Below, piece by piece: positions 31,955 to 41,236 of a stretch of 64,000 bases of DNA. Numbering within the stretch: the first letter of the stretch is position 1; the number at the start of each line of letters is the position of its first letter. The DNA comes from Phycisphaerae bacterium (lineage in GTDB: Bacteria > Planctomycetota > Phycisphaerae > UBA1845 > Fen-1342). The DNA lies in the NCBI GenBank assembly GCA_963666925.2, contig CAXXTC010000005.1, forward strand, positions 64,001-128,000, given 5' to 3'. The translations under genes and the position numbers were made by a program. The notes under the pieces are model-generated. The model was not told the origin of the DNA and did not search any database. It was given only the letters and a program-made list of their open reading frames with translations.

Positions 31955-32283
31955 TCCATCAGGTGTCCGGGGTCCTCGTCGGCGTACTCGGCGATGACGT
32001 CGTCCAAGGCCGAGATGCTCGCAACCGCGTCGCGCTGGACGAAAACGCGCCGCCGATTTACGTGCCGGACCCCCGCCTTCTCCAGCATGTGAGCATCGTT
32101 GACGTACTTTTCCTTGTCGCTGTGGCCGTCGGTGCGGTCGTGCACGTCGGCCTCGACAAGCCAGTAGCCGCGCTCGTCATGGGCCACGAGCCGGCCGATG
32201 TAAACCAGCGGGCCCGGTGTATCGAGCACCACCCGGCAATCCACGAACTCATCCAGCGTTGGTTGTGATCCGTTTCCGCTCAT
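31951..32283 (-). CDS. Conserved hypothetical protein, putative Sm/LSm-like fold
   Basis: VVLDT...YIGRL...D...LVEADVHD and RVFVQRDAVASIS; stop overlaps the epimerase start. Confidence 0.6.
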   Translation of the reverse strand: MSGNGSQPTLDEFVDCRVVLDTPGPLVYIGRLVAHDERGYWLVEADVHDRTDGHSDKEKYVNDAHMLEKAGVRHVNRRRVFVQRDAVASISALDDVIAEYADEDPGHLME

Positions 32284-32376
32284 CCTGATCATTGCCATTC
32301 GCCAGCCGGCCGCCGCCCCATACAATTCAGCATATTGTAAGCGCCACGGACGCCGCCCACCACGCCGGACAAGTGT

Positions 32377-33111
32377 ATGGACCCGCAAATCGACCTGGCC
32401 ATCGTGCTGAAGCTGACGGAGTTCTCCGAGACGTCGCAGATCGTGACGCTCTTGGGGCAGCGCCACGGCCAGATCCGCTTGATCGCCAAGGGGGCCCGGC
32501 GCAGCACGCGAAAACGCTTCGCCGCCGGCCTTGACCTGCTCGAACTCGGCGAGGTCGGGTTTCTGTTGCCGCGGGGCGACGCCCAGCTCGGCACGCTGAC
32601 CGACTGGCAGCAGCGCGACGCGTTCATGGGGCTGCGCCGGGCGGCCCTGCCGCTGGCGGGCGCGCTCTATGCAATCGAGCTCGTGGCCGGCCTGACCGAG
32701 GAGCACGACCCCCACCCGGAACTGTTCGTGGGGCTGCGGGATACCATGCACAGCCTGTCGTCAAACGAACCCCCTGCCGGGCCGATCATCGTCCAGTTCC
32801 AGATGATCGTGCTGAAGACCATCGGCTATGCACCGGAGTTGGGCCGCTGCATCGACTGTGGCCGACCGCCCGCGTCCAATCAGCCGACCTGGTTCACGGC
32901 CGGCGGCGGCGGCCTGCTCTGCCGTGATTGCGAGCCCCACCACCAGGAAAAGCGGCGTATGCCGACCCGGCCAGAACGCGCGCTGGACGACCCCGCCGAA
33001 TCACCGCGGTGGTTCGATCTGCTGGATTACCAGCTCACCTTCGTGGCGGGACGCAAGTTCAAGACCGCGGCCCGGGTAACCGCCCTGCTGGCCCGCAAGC
33101 AGCAGCCCTGA
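32377..33111 (+). CDS. recO: DNA repair protein RecO
   Basis: AIVLK..EFSETSQIVTLL...AKGARR, GYAPEL..CxxC...GGLLCxxC. Confidence 0.93.
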   Translation: MDPQIDLAIVLKLTEFSETSQIVTLLGQRHGQIRLIAKGARRSTRKRFAAGLDLLELGEVGFLLPRGDAQLGTLTDWQQRDAFMGLRRAALPLAGALYAIELVAGLTEEHDPHPELFVGLRDTMHSLSSNEPPAGPIIVQFQMIVLKTIGYAPELGRCIDCGRPPASNQPTWFTAGGGGLLCRDCEPHHQEKRRMPTRPERALDDPAESPRWFDLLDYQLTFVAGRKFKTAARVTALLARKQQP

Positions 33112-33215
33112 CCACTCCCAATGAGATTGGAATATCGCTAATTTCTCGCGGACGATCTGCACCGTTGGGTTGTCACTTGCGTATCATCATTGGCGGCGGC
33201 GCTGGAGACGCCAAC

Positions 33216-33899
33216 ATGAACGAGGAAACCATCTACATCCCGACTGTCGTGCCGGTCTTTCCACTACCGCAGGTCGTGCTCTTTCCGGGCACGTTGCTCC
33301 CGCTCCACGTCTTCGAGGAGCGCTACCGCGACATGGTCATGGACGCCCTCCAGGAAGAGAGCAACGCGCTGGCGATCGCACTGCTGCGCCCCGGCTTCGA
33401 GTCGCTCTATTACACGCCCCGGGCACCGATTCACGAGATCGTCGGCGTGGCCCGCATCGTCGCGTCTGAAGAAACCAACGACGACAAGTACAACATTCTC
33501 ATTCACGGGTTGCTGCGGGCCCGCATCGTTGATGAATCCCACGAGCGTTCCTATCGCCGCGCCCGGATCGAGCCGATTCACAGCCATTGCAGCAGCGGCG
33601 ACGTACGCTCACGCGAACTGCGCCGCGAGTTGCTCAGCGCTATCCGTCACGATACGGCCATCGATCCCGAACTCCGCCGGCATTGGATCAAGCTGTTCGA
33701 CACGTCGCTCGATCTGGAAGAGCTGACCGACCTGATCGGGGCCGGCATGCCCAGCGAGCCCGAGCTGCGCCAGTGCTTGCTCAATGAGACCGACGCTTCG
33801 GAGCGCGTCGAGATGCTGCTCGAACAACTGCATACGCTCGAACAGGTCAGCCGCGTCAGCCGTGGCTTCGGCACCAGCGAGAAAGAAAGCCTGAATTAA
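33216..33899 (+). CDS. LON peptidase substrate-binding (N-terminal) domain protein
   Basis: PVFPLPQVVLFPGTLLPLHVFEERYRDMV; no ATPase or protease domain. Confidence 0.88.
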   Translation: MNEETIYIPTVVPVFPLPQVVLFPGTLLPLHVFEERYRDMVMDALQEESNALAIALLRPGFESLYYTPRAPIHEIVGVARIVASEETNDDKYNILIHGLLRARIVDESHERSYRRARIEPIHSHCSSGDVRSRELRRELLSAIRHDTAIDPELRRHWIKLFDTSLDLEELTDLIGAGMPSEPELRQCLLNETDASERVEMLLEQLHTLEQVSRVSRGFGTSEKESLN

Positions 33900-33922
33900 A
33901 CCCCCGCGTAGCGGTAGCAACC

Positions 33923-35410
33923 TCAGCTCAGCAGCGGTTTGAGCAGCGTCCACAGGCGCATTTCAAACACCGTCCAAGTCCCCAGTATCAGCGCCACCAG
34001 CATAATGCCGGCCTTGACCAGGAGAACATTGCGCTCGAAGCGGCGCGTCGCGATGGGGTCGCGAGCCAATTTCTGAACCAGCAGCGAGCGCGACGAGATG
34101 GACGAGTGCCGCCAGCTCCGCGCTTCCGGACGCATCCCGTTCAGCAGGGCCACTTCGTGCAAACCCTGTGAGAAAACATGGGCCGCGGTGCTGCACAGCC
34201 GGTCGCCGCCGGGCGGAAGCTGCGGCAGCAGGTCCGGATGGTGCACCGCACAGGGCAGTTCGCACGGCAGCCCGGACAGTTGCAGCGTGCGCACGCCGTA
34301 GATGTCCGCCTGACGCTCAAAGCGGCGTGAGATCCAACCGAAAAGCACGCCCCACTTCAGCACCATCAGCGTGCCGAGCACGGTGGCAACTATTTCGTAC
34401 TGCCCGCGCGCCAGGCCCTGCATACGCACCGAGAAAATCATGATGATGCAGCCGCTGATCCCGGCGAACAGCAGGAAAAACAGGATGTGGTGGCGTTTGA
34501 CGTGGCCGGCCTCGTGCCCAAAGACGGCCTCGATCTTGCGATCGTCAAGCTGTTCGAGCATGGCATCGGTGATCAGGACGTAACGCAGCGGGGCGATCAC
34601 GCCCATCACCGCCGCGTTGACCAGCATTCCCCCGGACCGCCACACCAGGATGTCGCGGCAGCGCAGCTTGAGCCGGCGACAGAGTACCAGAAGCTGGTCG
34701 CGCAGCGGCCCGTCGGGCAGACGCTGGGTTACCCAGACGTGGCGCAGAATCTCCGGCGCCACGACCGCAACGCCAATCGCAATCACCCCAAGCACCAGGT
34801 CGCCGATGTACTGCTGCCCGGTCGCCGCGATCATGCGGTCCTCGAAATACAGCACCACATCGCGGCCCAGCAGGATCAGCAGCATCGGGGCCAGGATAAA
34901 CAGCACCTGGTGGCGCAAGTTGAACATCAGGTACTGCGCCCGTGACCACACGGCGCGAAGCGGACGCCCGCGGAACAGGTATTGCTCCAGGGCGATCTGC
35001 CGCACGCTCCGATCCGACGGATACAGCACGCACCACGCCAGGATGACCGACACCAGAAACGGCCCGAGCGCGAGCACGCCCGGGATTAGCGGCCAGTCAC
35101 CGACCACCGGCACCTTGCGAACCAGCACCAGCCAACTCGTCGTCAACAATAGTCCGATATGCAGCAACCCCAGGCTGGCGTGCAGGCCGAGCAGCCCACG
35201 GTGATAGATCGCCTGCCCTCGGCCGGGGTTCTGGGGGCACCGATCCAGCCGACCGATGACGTAGTGATTCACGATCGCCGCCAGCAGCACCGGCACCAGC
35301 GTGGCCACCCCGACCAGCGCCAGCGTCGGCCACAGACCGGTAATATAGCGATACGGTGCGCTAGAAAACGTCAGCACGACCGAGAGCACGACTATGACGA
35401 CCAGATACAT
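33923..35410 (-). CDS. M48 (Ste24/HtpX) membrane metallopeptidase
   Basis: NAAVMG, HEAGH zinc motif, SRRFERQAD, HSSISSR; multiple TM segments. Confidence 0.88.
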   Translation of the reverse strand: MYLVVIVVLSVVLTFSSAPYRYITGLWPTLALVGVATLVPVLLAAIVNHYVIGRLDRCPQNPGRGQAIYHRGLLGLHASLGLLHIGLLLTTSWLVLVRKVPVVGDWPLIPGVLALGPFLVSVILAWCVLYPSDRSVRQIALEQYLFRGRPLRAVWSRAQYLMFNLRHQVLFILAPMLLILLGRDVVLYFEDRMIAATGQQYIGDLVLGVIAIGVAVVAPEILRHVWVTQRLPDGPLRDQLLVLCRRLKLRCRDILVWRSGGMLVNAAVMGVIAPLRYVLITDAMLEQLDDRKIEAVFGHEAGHVKRHHILFFLLFAGISGCIIMIFSVRMQGLARGQYEIVATVLGTLMVLKWGVLFGWISRRFERQADIYGVRTLQLSGLPCELPCAVHHPDLLPQLPPGGDRLCSTAAHVFSQGLHEVALLNGMRPEARSWRHSSISSRSLLVQKLARDPIATRRFERNVLLVKAGIMLVALILGTWTVFEMRLWTLLKPLLS

Positions 35411-35460
35411 GTCAGGATAATAGTTGAAACACGGCTCGCCTTCACAGGGAGCGGCAATAC

Positions 35461-36111
35461 ATGCAGGTCAAAATCTGCGGCATCACACGTCTCGATGACG
35501 CCACACACGCGGCCAACTGCGGTGCGGATTTCATCGGCTTGATCCGCGCTGCGAGTCCACGACGTGTGCCGGTGGAGACCGCGCGGCAGATTGCCGACGC
35601 GCTGCCCGCCGACATCAGCGCCGTCCTGGTCTTTCGCGACAACAGCGTCGACGAGATCGTAGCAACGCTCGAGCAGACCGGCATCCGCTGGGTGCAGTTA
35701 CACGGGCGCGAGACGCCCGAGTTTGCCAGCGAACTGCACGCGCGTCAGCCCGCCATCCACCTGATCCGCGCGTGGGAATGTGCAGCCGACGACAATTCAG
35801 CCCGGCTACTCGCTTATCTCGACACGGCTCATGCGGCGGGCGTCGCGTTTGACGTCGTATTACTGGACGTTCCCAAGAACACACCACACCCCGGACACGC
35901 GACGCTGGCACGCATCTCGGCCGACCTGCGGCCCGCCGGCCAGCACGTCTGGTGCGCCGGGCAGCTCAACTGCGATAATCTGCCCGCGGCGCTGGCGGCT
36001 GACGCGTATGACGGCGTGGACGTGGCCAGTGGCGTGGAAACACGCCCTGGGATCAAGGACCCGGCGGCCGTCGAGCGATTCATCACACGTTGCCGAACGC
36101 TGGGCGCCTGA
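35461..36111 (+). CDS. trpF: Phosphoribosylanthranilate isomerase
   Basis: VKICGIT, SPRRV, VQLHG.E, GVDVASGVE..PGIKD. Confidence 0.9.
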   Translation: MQVKICGITRLDDATHAANCGADFIGLIRAASPRRVPVETARQIADALPADISAVLVFRDNSVDEIVATLEQTGIRWVQLHGRETPEFASELHARQPAIHLIRAWECAADDNSARLLAYLDTAHAAGVAFDVVLLDVPKNTPHPGHATLARISADLRPAGQHVWCAGQLNCDNLPAALAADAYDGVDVASGVETRPGIKDPAAVERFITRCRTLGA

Positions 36112-36191
36112 GCACTCGCGGCTGGCGTCAAGGGCACTGGCAGGTAGAGCCGATAACTGGTGGTGGAATTTCTCCGTACCGGAGCACCCCC

Positions 36192-36419
36192 GTGCCGCTG
36201 GACACCTACGATGACCGCTCTAAGCCGCAGCCAAACCAGCCGGCCGCCGGCAAACGCCCCTACATCTCGGTGTATTTCGAGTGTTGTGGCGTATATGACC
36301 GAATCTACCGGCAGCCCGGACAGCTATTCTATCAGGGGCGGTGTCCGAAATGCCTGCGTACGCTGCGTGTCAGAGTAGGCCCCGAAGGCACCAGCGAGCG
36401 GATTTTCCGCGCTTCCTGA
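36192..36419 (+). CDS. Small Cys-rich (zinc-binding) hypothetical protein
   Basis: RPYISVYFECCGVYDRIY...GRCPKC...GT..RIF; GGAG RBS before GTG. Confidence 0.65.
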   Translation: MPLDTYDDRSKPQPNQPAAGKRPYISVYFECCGVYDRIYRQPGQLFYQGRCPKCLRTLRVRVGPEGTSERIFRAS

Positions 36420-36449
36420 CCAACAAAGCCGACGCGTCGGCATCGTCGG

Positions 36450-38384
36450 CTATTTCTCGGCGGCCTCGCGGAGGATGAGCGTGAGGACATCTTCTCCTTC
36501 AAGCCGCCAGCGGGGAATGTACTTGCCGTTCACGAAGATGGTCGGAATGCTCCAGATGCCTGGTCGGACACCGATGCGCAGCCGGGGCAACTTCTTACCC
36601 GCCTGAGTGTCAGCGGTCACCTGTTCTGCCGACGCGGGCTGGTCGAGTGTTGCCAGCAACGCATCAGGATCAAGCCCCAGTGCGGTGGCCTCCGCGCGAA
36701 GTGTTTCATCGTTGAACTCCTCCCGATGCTCCATCAGCCACACGTGCATTTGCCAGTGTGCTTCGGGGCCACCTAGTGCGCCGGCCGCCTCGGCCGCAAA
36801 GGCTGCCCGACACGCCAGCGGATGCCGCTCCGCGCTGATGTTCTGGTTGCACTTGCTGTTGAACGGATAGTGGCGGTAGGTGTAGTGAACCTGGCCGGTC
36901 GATTCCATGAATGCGCGGATGCCGGCGTCGGCAGCGCAGCTCCCCTGCTCCTGGTAATCGCCCCACATGACTACCTGCACGGGCGCATCCGCCGGGCCGC
37001 GCGACAGCCCCGCACCCACAGCCAGATCGTCCAGCACTGGCTCTTCACGCCAGTCAGCAACGTACTTTTCCACCGCTTTGGGCGGATGATCGTAGGCAGC
37101 GATCCGCGCCGGCGGATTGGTGGCGGCCACCTGCTCGACGGTCCGCACGAGCGCATTCGGGGAATACCAGCCCTTCAATTCCACGCCATTGATGAAGACC
37201 ATGGGCGTGAAGTGCAGGCCGACCTCCTCCCCTTCATCAGCGTCAGCCAGCACACGATCGAGCGTCTCCTGGCTCGTCATAACCTTGACGAAATCGCCCG
37301 GCTCATAGCCCAGGCTGCGGATAGCGTCGAGAAGCTCCTCGGTGGTGGTGAACACACCCTGATGCTCGAACAGCCAATCGTGCATCTTCCAGAACCCCTC
37401 AGTTCCCCACAGTATGCCGGCCGCCTCCGACGCACGGGCGGCCCAGCACGCGTTCGGCTGGCTCGTGCGCTGCACCTGCGGGTTGCAATCCGTGTTCAAC
37501 GGGAAATGCTTCATCGAAATGGCTACATCGTCGCGCTGTCGCAGTTGTGTAACCTGTGATTCAATCCGGCGACAATCACGACACTGGAAGCTCGTGAACA
37601 GCACGATGCGGATGGGCGCTTCGGCCGGGCCCCAGCGATAGCGACCTTCGAAAGGCACCGCGGGAGCGGATTGTGCCGGTTCTCTATCACCGCTCGCACC
37701 CGGTTCCGGCTCGTCATCCGCGGCTGTAACAACGTGCGATCCCTCGCCCGGAACCGGTGCCTGGTGCGAACGCTCGATCATCTTGGCGACGGCCTCGGTC
37801 CGCTCGGCCTCACCCTTGCGATTGACGGCGGCCTGCACTTGGGCCTGCCAAACGCCCGCGGCTACGGTCGCCAGGATCCAGGCCGACGAAAACGACACCA
37901 GCGCTGGCAGAAAACGGCGCTGCCGCACGCGAATCGTCTCCATCAACAGCCAGAACAAGAAGTTAGCGACGTGGGCAGCGATGCAATAGGGACACAACGT
38001 CTGCTCAATGATAATGATCACGCAGAAGAACGCGGAAATCAGCGCCCCCAGACGCACCAGGTAGCGAAACAGCGCCGGCAGGACGCCGCCGGTGATGATC
38101 CAGGCAAGGGTCAGCGCCACGAACCAGGAGAGTCCCAGAAACGCGACGGGCCAGTGGAACTCACCCAGCCTGACGCTGCCCCAGAAGCTGTTGGCGGCCT
38201 GCTCACAGGGGCCACCGGCACCGCAACCGGGGAGCGCCAACCCGCCGACATGCTCCCACGCCAGCAGCAATGACATCACGGCTGCGAAACCGGCCAGTGA
38301 TATTCCGAGCAGAAAACGGGGGGGAGTGGTACTCGCGCACTCGGAATCGGGAGCGGTGTCTTTTCTTAACGTAATCTTTGTCAT
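36450..38384 (-). CDS. VKOR domain fused to two DsbA/thioredoxin-like domains
   Basis: VKOR motifs GCGAGGPC...S and LCPYC; DsbA FQCRDC, HFPL, TP..FING; second domain HYPF, IPTIFVNG. Confidence 0.87.
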   Translation of the reverse strand: MTKITLRKDTAPDSECASTTPPRFLLGISLAGFAAVMSLLLAWEHVGGLALPGCGAGGPCEQAANSFWGSVRLGEFHWPVAFLGLSWFVALTLAWIITGGVLPALFRYLVRLGALISAFFCVIIIIEQTLCPYCIAAHVANFLFWLLMETIRVRQRRFLPALVSFSSAWILATVAAGVWQAQVQAAVNRKGEAERTEAVAKMIERSHQAPVPGEGSHVVTAADDEPEPGASGDREPAQSAPAVPFEGRYRWGPAEAPIRIVLFTSFQCRDCRRIESQVTQLRQRDDVAISMKHFPLNTDCNPQVQRTSQPNACWAARASEAAGILWGTEGFWKMHDWLFEHQGVFTTTEELLDAIRSLGYEPGDFVKVMTSQETLDRVLADADEGEEVGLHFTPMVFINGVELKGWYSPNALVRTVEQVAATNPPARIAAYDHPPKAVEKYVADWREEPVLDDLAVGAGLSRGPADAPVQVVMWGDYQEQGSCAADAGIRAFMESTGQVHYTYRHYPFNSKCNQNISAERHPLACRAAFAAEAAGALGGPEAHWQMHVWLMEHREEFNDETLRAEATALGLDPDALLATLDQPASAEQVTADTQAGKKLPRLRIGVRPGIWSIPTIFVNGKYIPRWRLEGEDVLTLILREAAEK

Positions 38385-38541
38385 CTCTGCCTCGACAAAA
38401 CCAACCGGTTCCGCTTATTTTCTCAATGATCAGTCTTATGTTATTCAATCCAACTTCAACTACAAAGGCCGCCTCGGGAACAGCAGTCCACGAAGACCGC
38501 CACTACCCCGGGCCAGCGGACCAGAGCAGGGTTTTCCAAGC

Positions 38542-39153
38542 ATGAGTGCAGCACCCGTCGCCACCCTGACCACGCAGCAATACGACTCAATCCTAGATGC
38601 AGTATCGGACGCGGTTCTGATAACTGACGCGGAGCGCCACATCACGGCGCTGAATCGCCAAGCCCAAGTCCTCGGCGGCCTGCGCCGCGAGGAAGCACTA
38701 GGCCGCCAGTGTTCGGACGTCCGGCCCCGCGTTGATGGCGACCGCGACTGCCCGCTGACAACGGCGCTGCGCGAAGAGCGTTCAATTACGCAACAGCTCG
38801 AGATCATCACGCCCCATCGCGGGCTGGTCAGGCTCGACGTAACCGCCCTACCCCTGCGGAACGAAGCCGGCGTAATCGTTGGCGGCGCAGTGATCTGCCG
38901 CCTGGCCCCGACCAAGCTCGCCGCAACCTCTCCCGACCAGGCAACGCCCGAGGCCTCAGCGGCGGACGCGTCCGATACCGAAGATCTGTCGATCCTCGAT
39001 GCCACCGAACGCCAGGCCATCGAACGCGTACTGCGCGAGAACGGGTGGAACCAGGGACTGGCCTGCCGCACGTTGGGAATCAGCCGCACAACACTGTGGC
39101 GCAAGATGAAGAAGCTCAACATCAGCGTCCCGCGCCGCGGCACAGGCCGCTGA
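38542..39153 (+). CDS. PAS domain + Fis-type HTH regulator (no AAA+ domain)
   Basis: ILDAVSDAV..D...ITALN PAS motif; ERQAIERVL..NGWN...LGISRTTLWRKMK HTH_8 motif. Confidence 0.82.
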   Translation: MSAAPVATLTTQQYDSILDAVSDAVLITDAERHITALNRQAQVLGGLRREEALGRQCSDVRPRVDGDRDCPLTTALREERSITQQLEIITPHRGLVRLDVTALPLRNEAGVIVGGAVICRLAPTKLAATSPDQATPEASAADASDTEDLSILDATERQAIERVLRENGWNQGLACRTLGISRTTLWRKMKKLNISVPRRGTGR

Positions 39154-39165
39154 ACCAACCACTCA

Positions 39166-41169
39166 TCAGCTAACCGCACCCTGCGTGACTTGCCAGGCGC
39201 GCAGCATCTCCGCAACTGACCAAGCTTGCGCGATGCAACCGCCCGGTGTGTGCGGCTCGGCGCCGTCGAATACTTCGCCGAGCGAGCCCATCCCGTGCGT
39301 CCACACCTGCCCGAGCAGAGGCGCAAGCAGCGCCCGCGCCCGCCGCGCGTCGTGATGCAATCGGTAGTGTGCAATGACCAGCGGTCCCAGCAGCCAGCCC
39401 CAGGCCGTGCCCTGGTGATAAGCCTCGTCGCGCTCCACCGGCCCGCCGGCATAGCGACCGCGATACTGTGGATGATTCGGCACCAGCGTGCGCAGGCCGA
39501 ACCAAGTCAGCAATTGGTTTAAGCACTTCTTCACGACCGCCTCCTGGTGCTCGCGCGACAGGGGTGAATGGGCCAGCGAAACGGCGAAAACCTGATTGGG
39601 CCGCAGCGTATCGTCCGCACCATCGGGGCCATCGAGCACGTCCACGCAGCAGCCGGCAGGCTCGTTCCAGAAGCGTTCAAATGCCTGGCGAGCGCGCGTG
39701 GCGAGGCGTTGATACTCGGTACCCGGAACGTCGGCCAAGTCAGCAAGCCGGGCCAGGTTGCACAGCGCGTCGTACCACAGGGCGTTCAACTCGATCGGCT
39801 TGCCCATGCGCGGGGTGATGACGCGGTCGCCGATCTTCGCATCCATCCAGGTCAGATTGACGCCCGCCTCGCCCGCCCAGATCAACCCATCGTCGGCGAC
39901 GTGGATGTTGTGCCTGGTGCCGCGCTGGTGCCAGTCCACGATCGACCGCAGCGTGGGCATCAGCTCGACCAGCGTTGCGACGTCACCGGTAGCGCGCACG
40001 TACTGATCAACCGCCCAGAGGTACCACAGCGTCGCGTCGGCGGTGTGATACTCGGGCAGTTCACCTTCGTCGGGGAAGCGGTTCGGGATCATGCCCTGGT
40101 CAACGTAGCGCGCCCAGGTGCGCAGGATCTGATGCGCCAGATCAGGGCGCCCCGTGACGAGCGTCAGACCGGGCAGCGCGATCATCGTGTCGCGCCCCCA
40201 GTCTGTGAACCAGGGATAGCCCGCGATGATCGTGTGTCCGTCCGGCTCATCACGGGCCGGCCGACGAACGATGAACTGATCGGCCGCGAGCACGAGTTGA
40301 CGAATCGCGTGCGGTGCTTGCTGCGCCGCCGCCCCGGCGTGCTGCTCCCAGCGATTCAGCAGATCCGCCCCGCGGGCCACGACCCGGCGATGAGCCGCGG
40401 GCGAATCGCCCGGCTCCTCACCTTCCGCAGCCAGAACAAACGTCGCCGTCCTGCCAGGCGCAAGATCTACCCGGGCCACGCCGGCTGACAGATGATCCTC
40501 TACATGATCGAATCCGCGCCGCTCTTCGGTGGGCAGGTGGAAGCCGCGGTACCAGGTGTGGTCGGGGCGCCAGTCCACGGCCGTCTGCGGCTCGGGCACG
40601 ACACCCACACGGACGCCGGCGTTCTCCCCGGCGTGTTTCACGACCAGATCACTGCCCGAAACGTGCACATCGAAGTTGCCCGCGTCGGCAGCGGACAGGT
40701 AGTGATAGTGCCGATGGTTGACCAGCAGCCGGGCGCTGAGGCGCAGGGGGTGCGGCGCTGCGCAGAGTTGGTACTGGACGTAGGTGATATTGCGTCCCGG
40801 CTCCATCCAGATGCGTTTGATCAACTGGGCCGGGCCAACCTCGTAGGTCCAGGTGGGGACGCCCTCGACTAGCGACCAGCGCAACAGATATTTCCAGCCG
40901 GCGGGGTCAATCAGCCCCCGTTGCCACGCACTGCTGTAGAGCAGGTGGTCGACGCCATCGACGGTCAGCGACTCGTCCAGACGGGCGACCAGCAACGTGC
41001 GGCCGACTGGGGGACGCAGCGCGGCAAACAGCAATCCGTGATAGCGGCGCGTGTTGACGCCGGCGATGGTGGCCGATGCGAAGCCGCCGATGTTGTTGGT
41101 CACCAGCCATTCGCGACTTAGCAACGTCGGCAGGTGCCGGCATACAGCGCAGGACAAGCAGGTTTGCAT
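39166..41169 (-). CDS. Glycogen debranching enzyme (amylo-alpha-1,6-glucosidase, GH133)
   Basis: REWLVTN..GGFAS, RRYHGLL, IAGYPWFTDWGRDTMIALPGL, TWMDAK, AYHQGTAW, QAWSVAE. Confidence 0.92.
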   Translation of the reverse strand: MQTCLSCAVCRHLPTLLSREWLVTNNIGGFASATIAGVNTRRYHGLLFAALRPPVGRTLLVARLDESLTVDGVDHLLYSSAWQRGLIDPAGWKYLLRWSLVEGVPTWTYEVGPAQLIKRIWMEPGRNITYVQYQLCAAPHPLRLSARLLVNHRHYHYLSAADAGNFDVHVSGSDLVVKHAGENAGVRVGVVPEPQTAVDWRPDHTWYRGFHLPTEERRGFDHVEDHLSAGVARVDLAPGRTATFVLAAEGEEPGDSPAAHRRVVARGADLLNRWEQHAGAAAQQAPHAIRQLVLAADQFIVRRPARDEPDGHTIIAGYPWFTDWGRDTMIALPGLTLVTGRPDLAHQILRTWARYVDQGMIPNRFPDEGELPEYHTADATLWYLWAVDQYVRATGDVATLVELMPTLRSIVDWHQRGTRHNIHVADDGLIWAGEAGVNLTWMDAKIGDRVITPRMGKPIELNALWYDALCNLARLADLADVPGTEYQRLATRARQAFERFWNEPAGCCVDVLDGPDGADDTLRPNQVFAVSLAHSPLSREHQEAVVKKCLNQLLTWFGLRTLVPNHPQYRGRYAGGPVERDEAYHQGTAWGWLLGPLVIAHYRLHHDARRARALLAPLLGQVWTHGMGSLGEVFDGAEPHTPGGCIAQAWSVAEMLRAWQVTQGAVS

Positions 41170-41236
41170 GATTGCGGGCCCTTCCGGACGGCGGTTGAGT
41201 TTCCGGGCGCACAGCGCCGCGGCACGGCGCGGATCA

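Noticed and set aside
36417..36450. Sec read-through of the small Cys-rich protein's TGA
   Set aside because: The following hairpin (gccgac-gc-gtcggc) lies between convergent genes and fits a terminator; no redox motif would be created.
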